This document shows positions 8,658-16,598 of a DNA stretch of 64,000 nucleotides, in pieces; the first letter of the stretch is position 1, and each line of letters opens with the position of its first letter. Source of the stretch: Porticoccaceae bacterium. Lineage in GTDB: Bacteria; Pseudomonadota; Gammaproteobacteria; Pseudomonadales; Porticoccaceae. The stretch is from the NCBI GenBank assembly GCA_002702725.1, contig PABE01000114.1, positions 35,843 through 99,842 of the forward strand, given 5' to 3'. The notes beneath the pieces are model-generated. The model had not been told where the DNA came from. It searched no databases and saw only the letters and a list, made by a program, of their open reading frames with translations. A program made the position numbers and the translations under genes.

Positions 8658-10163
8658 ATGGCACTCATTGACTTGATTAAACACGCACGCAGTGGCAATG
8701 GACTCATTGCTACCGCTGCCCCGTATCTCAAGGAAATGCAAGCCTGTTTGAAAGGCGAAGGTGCCTGCCCAGCGAAACTGTTCGGTCTCGATAGCGCTGA
8801 TGCCTGGAAGAAGGCTCTGGAAGAGGCCGACGAGAAGCTCACATACTGCGATCCAAACGGCGGGATCAAGAGCGTCAAGTCAGAGAAGGCCGAGCTGAGT
8901 GAAGGTTCGATCCTCGACTACGACGCGATCCTGTCGACAAGTCAAAAAGACCGAGACGGTGACATTCTTCGCACAGAGGGCATGCAGCTTGAGCCTGGCA
9001 TGCCGCTGCTTTGGCAGCACATGTGGAACCAGCCGATCGGCAAGATGCTCAGCATCGTGGAGCAGAACGACCGCCATGTCGTTTGCAAATACGCCGTTGC
9101 TGATACGGAAATGGGACGCGATGCCGCGAAGCTAATCCGCATGGGCGCCCTTCGAAAAAGTCATGGGTTCATGCCAATCCCCGGCTATTTCGAAATGATC
9201 GACGTCGAAAAGTCGGCTGATGGATCAATGACGCCTGCCGGCTATGACATCAAACGCTGCTCGGTGTACGAGTCCAGTGTCGTGAGCATTCCGGCCAACG
9301 CCGGCACACGCATCTTGCGGACCTACGAGAAAGAAGCTTCCGCAATCTTCACGGCGGTTGAGCAAAAGCAGCTTGAGAGTGAAGTGTTCAGCCGATGGGC
9401 CAAGGGCCTGTACGACAACCGTCAGCGGTTCTTCCCTGGAGCCGATTTTGGGCGACTCGAAAAGATGATGACCGAGATGAAAAAGACGGTCGAGGATATG
9501 GTGACTGCCAAGACTCCTGGGCAGAAGGACATGCAGTCCGACAGCCGTCCGAAGTGCAGCGAGTGTGAAGACGGCTATTGCGATGAAAGCGGCACGTGCG
9601 ACCACTGCGGTCATGTCATGCCGAAGTCTGGAAAGTCGGCAGGTCAACCCGCGTTCATCAAGTCATTTGACGAATCGGTTGCGATGACCAAGTCCTACGG
9701 GATGCCAGATTCGCTGCCTGGTTCATTCGAATCCGTTCAACGCGCCCTCAGTCGAAAGGCTGAAGACTACCTCGAGGATAACGGGGTCGATGTCGGCGAC
9801 TACGAGTACGTAACCCTGATCGCCACTTTCAGCGACAGTGCGATCGTCTGCAAGCGGAACTACCGCAAAGACTCTGAGTACTGTTACCGCCTCATGTGGG
9901 AAATGACCGAAGGCAAGCCGGCATTTACCGGCCAGCCCGAGAAGGTCGAGATCGAAGCCACCGTGGTCAGCAAGGCACTCGACGCCAGCGGCGCCCGCAT
10001 CAAAGAGATGGGTGCTGACGCCTACGCCAAGAAGCTTGTCAGTTCGGCTTTCGCCGACGGCGAGCTGAGCGATGAGACCAAGAAATCAATCAACACGCTC
10101 GCGGCGCTGATCAACCAGCCAGAAGAGCAAACCAACCCATTGACCGCTTTGTTTGGCGGTTAA
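8658..10163 (+). CDS. HK97-family prohead protease fused to a long C-terminal (scaffold-like) extension
   Basis: Protease motifs seen: DRDGDILR, PLLWQHMWNQPIG, SHGFMP and YESSVVSIPANAG. The ATG at 8658 is preferred over the TTG at 8646. A Cys/His cluster lies at 9555-9614. Confidence 0.8.
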   Translation: MALIDLIKHARSGNGLIATAAPYLKEMQACLKGEGACPAKLFGLDSADAWKKALEEADEKLTYCDPNGGIKSVKSEKAELSEGSILDYDAILSTSQKDRDGDILRTEGMQLEPGMPLLWQHMWNQPIGKMLSIVEQNDRHVVCKYAVADTEMGRDAAKLIRMGALRKSHGFMPIPGYFEMIDVEKSADGSMTPAGYDIKRCSVYESSVVSIPANAGTRILRTYEKEASAIFTAVEQKQLESEVFSRWAKGLYDNRQRFFPGADFGRLEKMMTEMKKTVEDMVTAKTPGQKDMQSDSRPKCSECEDGYCDESGTCDHCGHVMPKSGKSAGQPAFIKSFDESVAMTKSYGMPDSLPGSFESVQRALSRKAEDYLEDNGVDVGDYEYVTLIATFSDSAIVCKRNYRKDSEYCYRLMWEMTEGKPAFTGQPEKVEIEATVVSKALDASGARIKEMGADAYAKKLVSSAFADGELSDETKKSINTLAALINQPEEQTNPLTALFGG

Positions 10164-10215
10164 TCACTACCCGTCGCCGACCGCATCATGTTCGGCCGCA
10201 AATTAGGAGATCTAC

Positions 10216-11853
10216 GTGATCAAAGTGACGAAGGCGCTTGCTGCGCACGCGGCCGAACATCTCGGCCTCGATTCTGATCTTGCCAAGGACTACAAGGCAA
10301 ACGAAGACGCAATCCGCAAGTGCGTTTCGGAAGCCTTGACCGAAGGTAAGTTGGAAATCGGACAACTGCAAAAGTTGATGGAAACGCCTGCCGAAGACGA
10401 GGCCAGCACGAAGGCCAAGCAGATGATCGGCGAGGCTGTCGGTGAAGCAATGGCTCCGTTTGCGAAGGGCCTGAGCGATTTGACCGATACCCTCAGCAAA
10501 GCGTTTGGCTCCGGCCAAGCGGCCACGGGTGAGACCAAGGAAACCAAGGGCGAAGGCGCTGGCGCCAAGGCCTATGGTGCGGCCGGTTCGAACCAAGGCG
10601 GAGAATCGACCCCTCCCCGCGTGAAGTGTGTCTCCGAACTGTACGACCGCACGACCAAGTCGGCGACTCGTCCCAACGGTATGCCGTACGCGATCAAGGG
10701 CGACGACGACGGAACTCCCGGTCGTGACCTGATGCACCCCAGTCAGTTTGACAAGGCTGTGTCGGGTGCGTGGTTGAAGTTCATGATCAACCGCCAGGCC
10801 AAAGTGGACAACCACAGCGTGCCGAACGGTCTGAAAATGACCGATCACGACTGGGCGTTGGTCAAGTATGCGGCCAACGAGATGCCGTTCCTCGGCCCTG
10901 TCGGCATGAAGAGCGAAGACGACGACGCCAGCTCCGGTTGGGCCAAGGGAACGCGGCTCAACGACATGCAGGTCAAGACGTTGCTTGACGACGCGACCTC
11001 CGGCGGTTTGGAAGCAGTTCCAATCGTGTTCGACGACATCGCCATTCTGACCCCGTTGCTCAACGGCGAGTTGTTCCCCTACGTCGATGTCCGCACCACG
11101 ACCCGTCGTCGTGTGGAAGGCTTCGCGATGGGCAACCCTTCGGTCTACTGGACGGCTGAAGGGTCCACCCCGACCGTGTTCAGCACCGACGACTTCATCT
11201 CGGCCTTCGACACCAACGTCCACCCCTGTACGGGAACGATGGAAGTCGGCCTGGACTTCGAGGCGGATTCGCCCGTCGGCATCGCCGATCTGTTGATCAG
11301 CCGCTACGGCCAGCAAATGGCTACCGAGTTGGACAACGTCATCGCGACTGGCTCCGGCACCGGCCGACCGCTTGGTATTTTCAACACGGTTGGGTTGACC
11401 TCGCTCAGCACCGCGAACGGAACCGGTGGTCCCTGGACGATCGGCGACATCGACAAGCTGTATTACGGCGTCGATGCGGCCTTCCGCCAGGAAGCCGGCA
11501 ACCGATTGGTCTTCGTCGGCAACGACGTGACCTACCAGCGTCTGCGTTCGATCCAAGTCGGAACCTCCGACCAGCGCCGGGTGCTCGGAATGAGCTACCT
11601 CGGAACCGGTCGTCCGATGATCAACGACGTCATGTATGCCCGCAACACGGGGATCGGAAACGGTTCGTTGGCAGCCTGCTGCTTGAACCGCTACGTCATC
11701 TACCGCCGGGCAGGTTTCTCGGTTCGCCGCGAAACCGGTGGTACGACCTTGGCGGCCAAGAACTTGAGCCAGTACATCTTCCGCATGCGGGTAGGTGGCC
11801 AGCTCAACCACAGTTCGGCCGCAGTCATCTACGACGGTGACGGCCAAACCTAA
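10216..11853 (+). CDS. major capsid protein (HK97 fold)
   Basis: The GTG start is preceded by AGGAGA. The gene follows the prohead protease. The segment LLDDATSGGLEAVPIVFDD is typical of HK97-type capsid proteins, and the N-terminal part is delta-domain-like. Confidence 0.85.
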   Translation: MIKVTKALAAHAAEHLGLDSDLAKDYKANEDAIRKCVSEALTEGKLEIGQLQKLMETPAEDEASTKAKQMIGEAVGEAMAPFAKGLSDLTDTLSKAFGSGQAATGETKETKGEGAGAKAYGAAGSNQGGESTPPRVKCVSELYDRTTKSATRPNGMPYAIKGDDDGTPGRDLMHPSQFDKAVSGAWLKFMINRQAKVDNHSVPNGLKMTDHDWALVKYAANEMPFLGPVGMKSEDDDASSGWAKGTRLNDMQVKTLLDDATSGGLEAVPIVFDDIAILTPLLNGELFPYVDVRTTTRRRVEGFAMGNPSVYWTAEGSTPTVFSTDDFISAFDTNVHPCTGTMEVGLDFEADSPVGIADLLISRYGQQMATELDNVIATGSGTGRPLGIFNTVGLTSLSTANGTGGPWTIGDIDKLYYGVDAAFRQEAGNRLVFVGNDVTYQRLRSIQVGTSDQRRVLGMSYLGTGRPMINDVMYARNTGIGNGSLAACCLNRYVIYRRAGFSVRRETGGTTLAAKNLSQYIFRMRVGGQLNHSSAAVIYDGDGQT

Positions 11854-11889
11854 TCGGTAACGGCGGACTGAGCCCATCCGCCGTGTTCA

Positions 11890-11927
11890 CAGCCCCCGGG
11901 GTTTGCTCCACCCTGGGGGCTGTTTTT
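11890..11927 (+). terminator. intrinsic terminator after the capsid gene
   Basis: CAGCCCCCGGG pairs with CCCTGGGGGCTG, followed by TTTTT. A second hairpin, CGGCGGA/TCCGCCG, lies at 11861-11883. Confidence 0.7.
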
Positions 11928-11955
11928 CTGTCAGGAGCATCGAGGGGGATCTCGA

Positions 11956-12546
11956 GTGGTTAATGACTTGATTCGGCTCGTCGCTTTGACAGCCAAAGAC
12001 GAAACGCTGTACCCGGTTCGGGTGAAGCTGCGCGATAAACTCGCCGAGCTCGAACTGCAACCATCAACTCCGTTTGAGCCGCTCAAACCTGGCGAACCGA
12101 CGTCAGTGACTTTCGCGGTCAACCATATCCTGGCGTTCATCGAAAAGACCGTCCTTCCGGGTTGGCTCCCAAAGGACACGAACGAGACGGCCAAAGCGAA
12201 GATGGCGGAACGTTGCGATCTGCTGCAGAAGCTGGCCGCATCCATCAACCTCGACGTGTTGGACAAAGACAAAGAATCGGTGATGGTTTTTGAACCGACC
12301 GTGAAGTCTTCGCCGCTAGGCGTTGAGCCAGCAGTTGAGCCGGAGGCGGAACCAGCGGCGAACATCGTCGACACGTTTGCTCTTCAGGCACGTGTCGCCA
12401 ATCGGCTGAAAGAAATACTCGACGAAAACGACGTTGACGCTACGTCGGTCGATGAAGTCAGAAAGTTCATTGAGTCAGCGAACGTAGACGACATGAAGGG
12501 GATCGGAAAAGCAAGTTTGGAGAAAGTCAGGGCCGCAGTGAAGTAG
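11956..12546 (+). CDS. hypothetical head-module protein
   Basis: 196-aa ORF with a GTG start, placed between the capsid and connector genes. Confidence 0.5.
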   Translation: MVNDLIRLVALTAKDETLYPVRVKLRDKLAELELQPSTPFEPLKPGEPTSVTFAVNHILAFIEKTVLPGWLPKDTNETAKAKMAERCDLLQKLAASINLDVLDKDKESVMVFEPTVKSSPLGVEPAVEPEAEPAANIVDTFALQARVANRLKEILDENDVDATSVDEVRKFIESANVDDMKGIGKASLEKVRAAVK

Positions 12547-12626
12547 CGTTAGTCTCTCACGACCGCGAATCCTGAATAAAACTGAGCTTTTCGCGACTGG
12601 CGAAACCGATCACTTCGAGGGGAAAT

Positions 12627-13244
12627 ATGGCAAACCAAAACAGCACCGGCAGCAGCAACTCCAACAACCAACAAAGCAATCGGCCAGCATCCGTGACAAA
12701 GCAACGGTATGCGATTGAGGTTGCCCACAAGCGGAACAACGGCTTGATGTTCGGGCCGCTCAGCCAACGACTTCGCGGACGCTGGGAGGCGAACAAGATT
12801 GTTCGGTTTCCGATCAGTGAAAACTCAGGCCTGGCCGGATTGATGGATGCTGCTCCGGAAATCCCTGGGATGTACATCTGGATTGACTTGGAAAAACGGT
12901 CGGCCGGTGCAAAAGACCCGCTGGAATGCACTGAGTCCGGCAAACGGATCATGGCCAAGATTCAGTCACACTACAAGCAGGTCGAGAGCGCCGTAGTCAG
13001 TCCGGCCGAACCGATCGAAATCACCGGCATGACCGACGATCAGATCAAAGACTTCCTTTACTGGATGCGGCGATCGGTTGATGACGGCCATGCGGTGGCA
13101 GTGGCAAACAGCCCTGAGCTTCCTCCGATGGAGAAGATCAAGCAAATGCCAGGTCGGCGGACGCTCAACCACGCGTTTCCGACGACGAACCCCGAAACAC
13201 GCCAGTTCGAAGAGCCTTACGAGTTCTTCGTTCCGGCGAAATAG
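12627..13244 (+). CDS. hypothetical head-module protein
   Basis: 205-aa ORF with an ATG start preceded by GAGGGG. The N-terminus is low-complexity and N/Q/S-rich. Confidence 0.55.
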   Translation: MANQNSTGSSNSNNQQSNRPASVTKQRYAIEVAHKRNNGLMFGPLSQRLRGRWEANKIVRFPISENSGLAGLMDAAPEIPGMYIWIDLEKRSAGAKDPLECTESGKRIMAKIQSHYKQVESAVVSPAEPIEITGMTDDQIKDFLYWMRRSVDDGHAVAVANSPELPPMEKIKQMPGRRTLNHAFPTTNPETRQFEEPYEFFVPAK

Positions 13245-13325
13245 CATCCCACCGGTGTCCCCCTCGCCACGGGATACCCACCTCGTGCTTCGGCGCGGGG
13301 TGGGATCAAACAACGGGAGCAAACG

Positions 13326-13454
13326 ATGAAGAAGATGGCTGACATGGTGTGCCCAAATTGCAAGGGCGCCAAACAAAAAGACGGGAAGGTTTGTGGGAAG
13401 TGCGGAGGAACCGGACTTCGAAACAAGAACCCGGTACGCGGGGTTGAGAAATGA
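13326..13454 (+). CDS. 42-aa zinc-ribbon mini-protein (two CxxCxGxG motifs); not in the supplied ORF track
   Basis: My translation is MKKMADMVCPNCKGAKQKDGKVCGKCGGTGLRNKNPVRGVEK. GGGAG lies 8 nt upstream, and the stop forms an ATGA overlap with the next start at 13451. Confidence 0.55.
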   Translation: MKKMADMVCPNCKGAKQKDGKVCGKCGGTGLRNKNPVRGVEK

Positions 13455-14215
13455 CGTTTGTTACCCAGGATGAAGTCGCTCAGGCGGTACTTGGCGTTGC
13501 TGGCTGGTCATCCATGTCAGCAGTCGACCAATACTTGCTCGAGCCGATCATCACTGGGGTCGAGGCTGCCATCGCGGTACACCTCGGTTTGAACACGTCA
13601 CGAACAACGCGTGAAGAGATCCTCGCCCTGCACCATACGTTTCCGAAGCACTCGCTCGAGGTGGACGAGACGCGATGGGGCACGGATCTGATTTACCTGA
13701 AGCATACCCCTGTCACCGTGAGTGGTTTGACGGTCTATGCTCACGAGTCCGAGGAGCCCTCATCGTGGACTTCGAACGAAGAGCTGACTGCTGGCACTGA
13801 CTTCCAGCTGGAAGACGTTGTCTCGATCAGCCTGGATGGCACACCGACTGACATGTCGATGACCGGAGCGCTGCGGCGACTCGGTGGTTCGACTTGGCCC
13901 GTTCGGCCAGGTTGCGTGCGGGTGACATACACCGGTGGGTTTGATTCGACCATGCTCACCAACAACTGGGAACTCGTCAAGATGGCGACGTTCACCTGCA
14001 TCCGGGACCATTACGCGACGGCCAAAAAGGCGTATGGAATTCAAGGTGCTGGAGCGACAGGACCACTTAAAAGCGAATCGATCGGCAAGTATTCATACAC
14101 GATTGACTCAGACGGCAGCCGAACACTGAGTCTGAACGGAACGTCGCTTGGCGGCCTGACCACTTCAGCGCGTGCGATTTTGAGCCCACTGGTTGACTAC
14201 GGGATCTACTTCTAG
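13451..14215 (+). CDS. head-tail connector/adaptor-like protein
   Basis: Called from its position after the capsid block. The N-terminus (QDEVAQAVLGV...) resembles gp6-type connector proteins. Confidence 0.45.
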   Translation: MTFVTQDEVAQAVLGVAGWSSMSAVDQYLLEPIITGVEAAIAVHLGLNTSRTTREEILALHHTFPKHSLEVDETRWGTDLIYLKHTPVTVSGLTVYAHESEEPSSWTSNEELTAGTDFQLEDVVSISLDGTPTDMSMTGALRRLGGSTWPVRPGCVRVTYTGGFDSTMLTNNWELVKMATFTCIRDHYATAKKAYGIQGAGATGPLKSESIGKYSYTIDSDGSRTLSLNGTSLGGLTTSARAILSPLVDYGIYF

Positions 14216-14586
14216 TGAGCGTCAGCACGATAGCTACCGGAGATACGGTCCAGATCTACGCGGAAGCGTCAGATGATTGGACTGACAACCAGCGTGTGAC
14301 TTTGCAGACGGCCGATGTTGACTGCAAAGTTCAGATGCTATCAGCGGACGAAAGCGACGGGTTCCTTTCAGACGCTGAAGCTAAAGGGGTCCAAGTGTTG
14401 TTCGCGAGCGATCCGAGTTTGAACTCGCGTTGCTACTTGAAACATACCGCCAGGGCAGATGGCTCCATCTCTGCGAGATGGTTCAAAGTTATGGGGACGT
14501 TTGAGGAAGGGCGGCCTGGGCAAACATTGCTATGGGTCGCCATGTGCGAAGAGCTTACCGGCGCGGGAGCACCGACAGTTGTCTGA
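14215..14586 (+). CDS. head-tail joining / head-closure-like protein
   Basis: 123 aa. The call rests on position and size. Confidence 0.4.
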   Translation: MSVSTIATGDTVQIYAEASDDWTDNQRVTLQTADVDCKVQMLSADESDGFLSDAEAKGVQVLFASDPSLNSRCYLKHTARADGSISARWFKVMGTFEEGRPGQTLLWVAMCEELTGAGAPTVV

Positions 14587-14941
14587 CATCCAGTACACGA
14601 ACCGAAACGCGGCTTTTATCCGGCGGCTCAAGCGGGACATCGGTCGCAATATGGACGCTACTGGCGACTGGATGGTCAGAGAGATGGCCAAGAAGATGAG
14701 CATTCCGGCTCCTCCAGCCAGTCAGCCTGGAGAGTATCCACGGAAGCGTACTGGCCGCTTGGTAGACAGCATCAAGAAAACACGACGTGGCATGACCATG
14801 CGAGTTGGCCCCCGCGTGAGGTACGCAAAAGACTTGGCGGCCATGCGGCGAAAGCTTGCCCCTGAGTTCTTGCTCGAGAATCGCCGGGCGATCTTCCAAC
14901 GGATTATTGGAGGGCGTAGTGGCTATCGACGCGGTTCTTAG
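14579..14941 (+). CDS. HK97 gp10-like tail/neck component
   Basis: The motif YPRKRTGRLVDSI resembles the gp10-family TGxLxxSI box. A TTG start at 14579 was chosen to avoid a long overlap, so the start is uncertain. Confidence 0.5.
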   Translation: MSDIQYTNRNAAFIRRLKRDIGRNMDATGDWMVREMAKKMSIPAPPASQPGEYPRKRTGRLVDSIKKTRRGMTMRVGPRVRYAKDLAAMRRKLAPEFLLENRRAIFQRIIGGRSGYRRGS

Positions 14942-15356
14942 CGGGCTAGAGGCACTGATCACTGAAAAGAACGGCAGCGGCCAGGATCTGGAGTTTCTGC
15001 AAGGCCTTGGCGTCGAAGTCGTTCCGCCGTCGTCATCTGCGCAGTTTCCATACGTCGTCATCCGCGATGTCGACGAGACGGAGGAGTTTGCGACCGACGC
15101 CAGCAAGTTCCATAGCGTAGGGCTCACGATATCGCTACTCGTCAAACAGAAGGACGATGCTGAAACAAGATTTGCGTCACTGAAAAGTGCGTTAGCCACC
15201 AAACTCGAAGACCCCCAAGCGTTTTCCCAATACATCACGAGTGATCAAGTGTGTGTCTGGGATATCAGTTTCGGTGACACCAATCTTGTGCCGCGCGACT
15301 CTCATATCTGGGAATACGCGTGGATATTAGAGTTTAAGACCAAAACCCTGCGATGA
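14919..15356 (+). CDS. tail completion / terminator-like protein
   Basis: GTG at 14919. The pattern VAIDAVLSGLEALI...FPYVVI resembles the DUF3168/gp11-like pattern. The gene lies directly before the major tail protein. Confidence 0.4.
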   Translation: MAIDAVLSGLEALITEKNGSGQDLEFLQGLGVEVVPPSSSAQFPYVVIRDVDETEEFATDASKFHSVGLTISLLVKQKDDAETRFASLKSALATKLEDPQAFSQYITSDQVCVWDISFGDTNLVPRDSHIWEYAWILEFKTKTLR

Positions 15357-15368
15357 GGAAATTAAGAG

Positions 15369-15815
15369 ATGCCTGCAAATACGGATGTAGCATCTGGACG
15401 GTACGCCTGTGCGAAGCTTTCCGACGACTCGACATTGTACGAGATCACCGGTTGGACGATGCAGGACTCCGAGGATGACGTCAACTACGTCAGTTGTGAA
15501 ACCGACGGCGCACGAAAGCGCGTTGACGGTAACACGGATACCCAAGGCACGCTATCCGGCGTGTTCAACACCGAAAACCCAATCACGGATCAGATCGACA
15601 AGGGAGACCTTGTTGTTCTGCACCTGTTCGTCCGCAAGCCGACGGCCAGCTACACGGGGCTGTACCACAAAGTCCCAGCCAAGATCCTCAGCGTCGATGA
15701 GACAGCCGACGTCGAAGGCGCCGCGCCGCACCGGTGGACTGCCAACTGGGTGTTGCACACGACGACAGCGGATCCGGCGCTGCTGAAGAACCAAACGGTT
15801 CCGGCGTTGACTTAA
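15369..15815 (+). CDS. major tail (tube) protein candidate
   Basis: 148 aa, preceded by a GAGGAA ribosome-binding site. It is the gene before the chaperone pair and the tape measure. Confidence 0.55.
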   Translation: MPANTDVASGRYACAKLSDDSTLYEITGWTMQDSEDDVNYVSCETDGARKRVDGNTDTQGTLSGVFNTENPITDQIDKGDLVVLHLFVRKPTASYTGLYHKVPAKILSVDETADVEGAAPHRWTANWVLHTTTADPALLKNQTVPALT

Positions 15816-15855
15816 TAGTCACAGATCCGGCAGGGTTTACTTTTAGGGGGAAAGT

Positions 15856-16341
15856 ATGAGTGTTGCAGTAGCGTTTGGGACGGATTTGGACATCGAGATC
15901 GGCGGAGAGAAAATCTCTCTCCCGCCGCTCACGATGTACGATCTGGCTCGGCTAGAGAATGCCTACATCGAGCACCTGTTTGAGAAGGTGAAGATCGACA
16001 CGCAGTTGTCTACGCCTGAGGAAAAGAAAGAGGCCGTGGCAAAGGTCCGCGAAACTCGCTTGATGCTCAGCGAAGATGCGATGCCGTTGCTCCAGTGGAT
16101 TGTCAAGAACGGTGAGGGGCAAGTGGCTGCGTTGCGACAGTGTCTGGAGCCCAAATACCCAGGCAAGTTCACAAAGCAAGACATCGCCAAATGGATGTTC
16201 TATGACGCCGTGGACAAGCAGCACTTTCAACGGTGGATGGTCGTCTCTGGGATCTTGGCGGACCCTACGAGTCCGTCGATGACGACGGAACCGGAAACGG
16301 AAGAAAAGACGGTCCAGCCGGATTCAGCATCAACGACCTGA
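15856..16341 (+). CDS. tail assembly chaperone (gpG-like)
   Basis: Acidic 161-aa protein directly upstream of the tape measure. Its 3' end overlaps an ORF in the -1 frame. Confidence 0.6.
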   Translation: MSVAVAFGTDLDIEIGGEKISLPPLTMYDLARLENAYIEHLFEKVKIDTQLSTPEEKKEAVAKVRETRLMLSEDAMPLLQWIVKNGEGQVAALRQCLEPKYPGKFTKQDIAKWMFYDAVDKQHFQRWMVVSGILADPTSPSMTTEPETEEKTVQPDSASTT

Positions 16342-16598
16342 TTTGGTGTTTGTGCCGGCCAGCAGGCATCGCAGGGGTGTCGGGTTACGGCATGCTCCCT
16401 TCAGAGGCTTCGCAGCTGACATTGGCGCAAGTCATGAATCTGCTGCGGCCAGCTGACGAGCACCGAAAAGGAAAGCCAAAACGCGTTGGAAAACGTGAGA
16501 GGTTGGCCTATCAACAGGAGCTTGAGGATTTGAAGTCTGCGGCGGACGATCTCCGCCTTGCGATGGAAGCAATAGAGAGAAAGAACAATGCCCAGTGA
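16233..16598 (+). CDS. -1 frame extension of the tail chaperone (gpT-like part of a putative G-T fusion)
   Basis: This ORF is in the -1 frame relative to 15856-16341 and overlaps it by 109 nt. It ends inside the tape-measure start region. Confidence 0.45.
   Translation: MDGRLWDLGGPYESVDDDGTGNGRKDGPAGFSINDLIWCLCRPAGIAGVSGYGMLPSEASQLTLAQVMNLLRPADEHRKGKPKRVGKRERLAYQQELEDLKSAADDLRLAMEAIERKNNAQ

Noticed and set aside
10186-11877. 563-aa minus-strand ORF covering the whole capsid gene
   Set aside because: It is a Gly/Arg/Val-rich shadow frame antisense to a gene with clear HK97 capsid motifs, a good ribosome-binding site and a terminator. Shadow frames like this are typical of GC-rich coding DNA.
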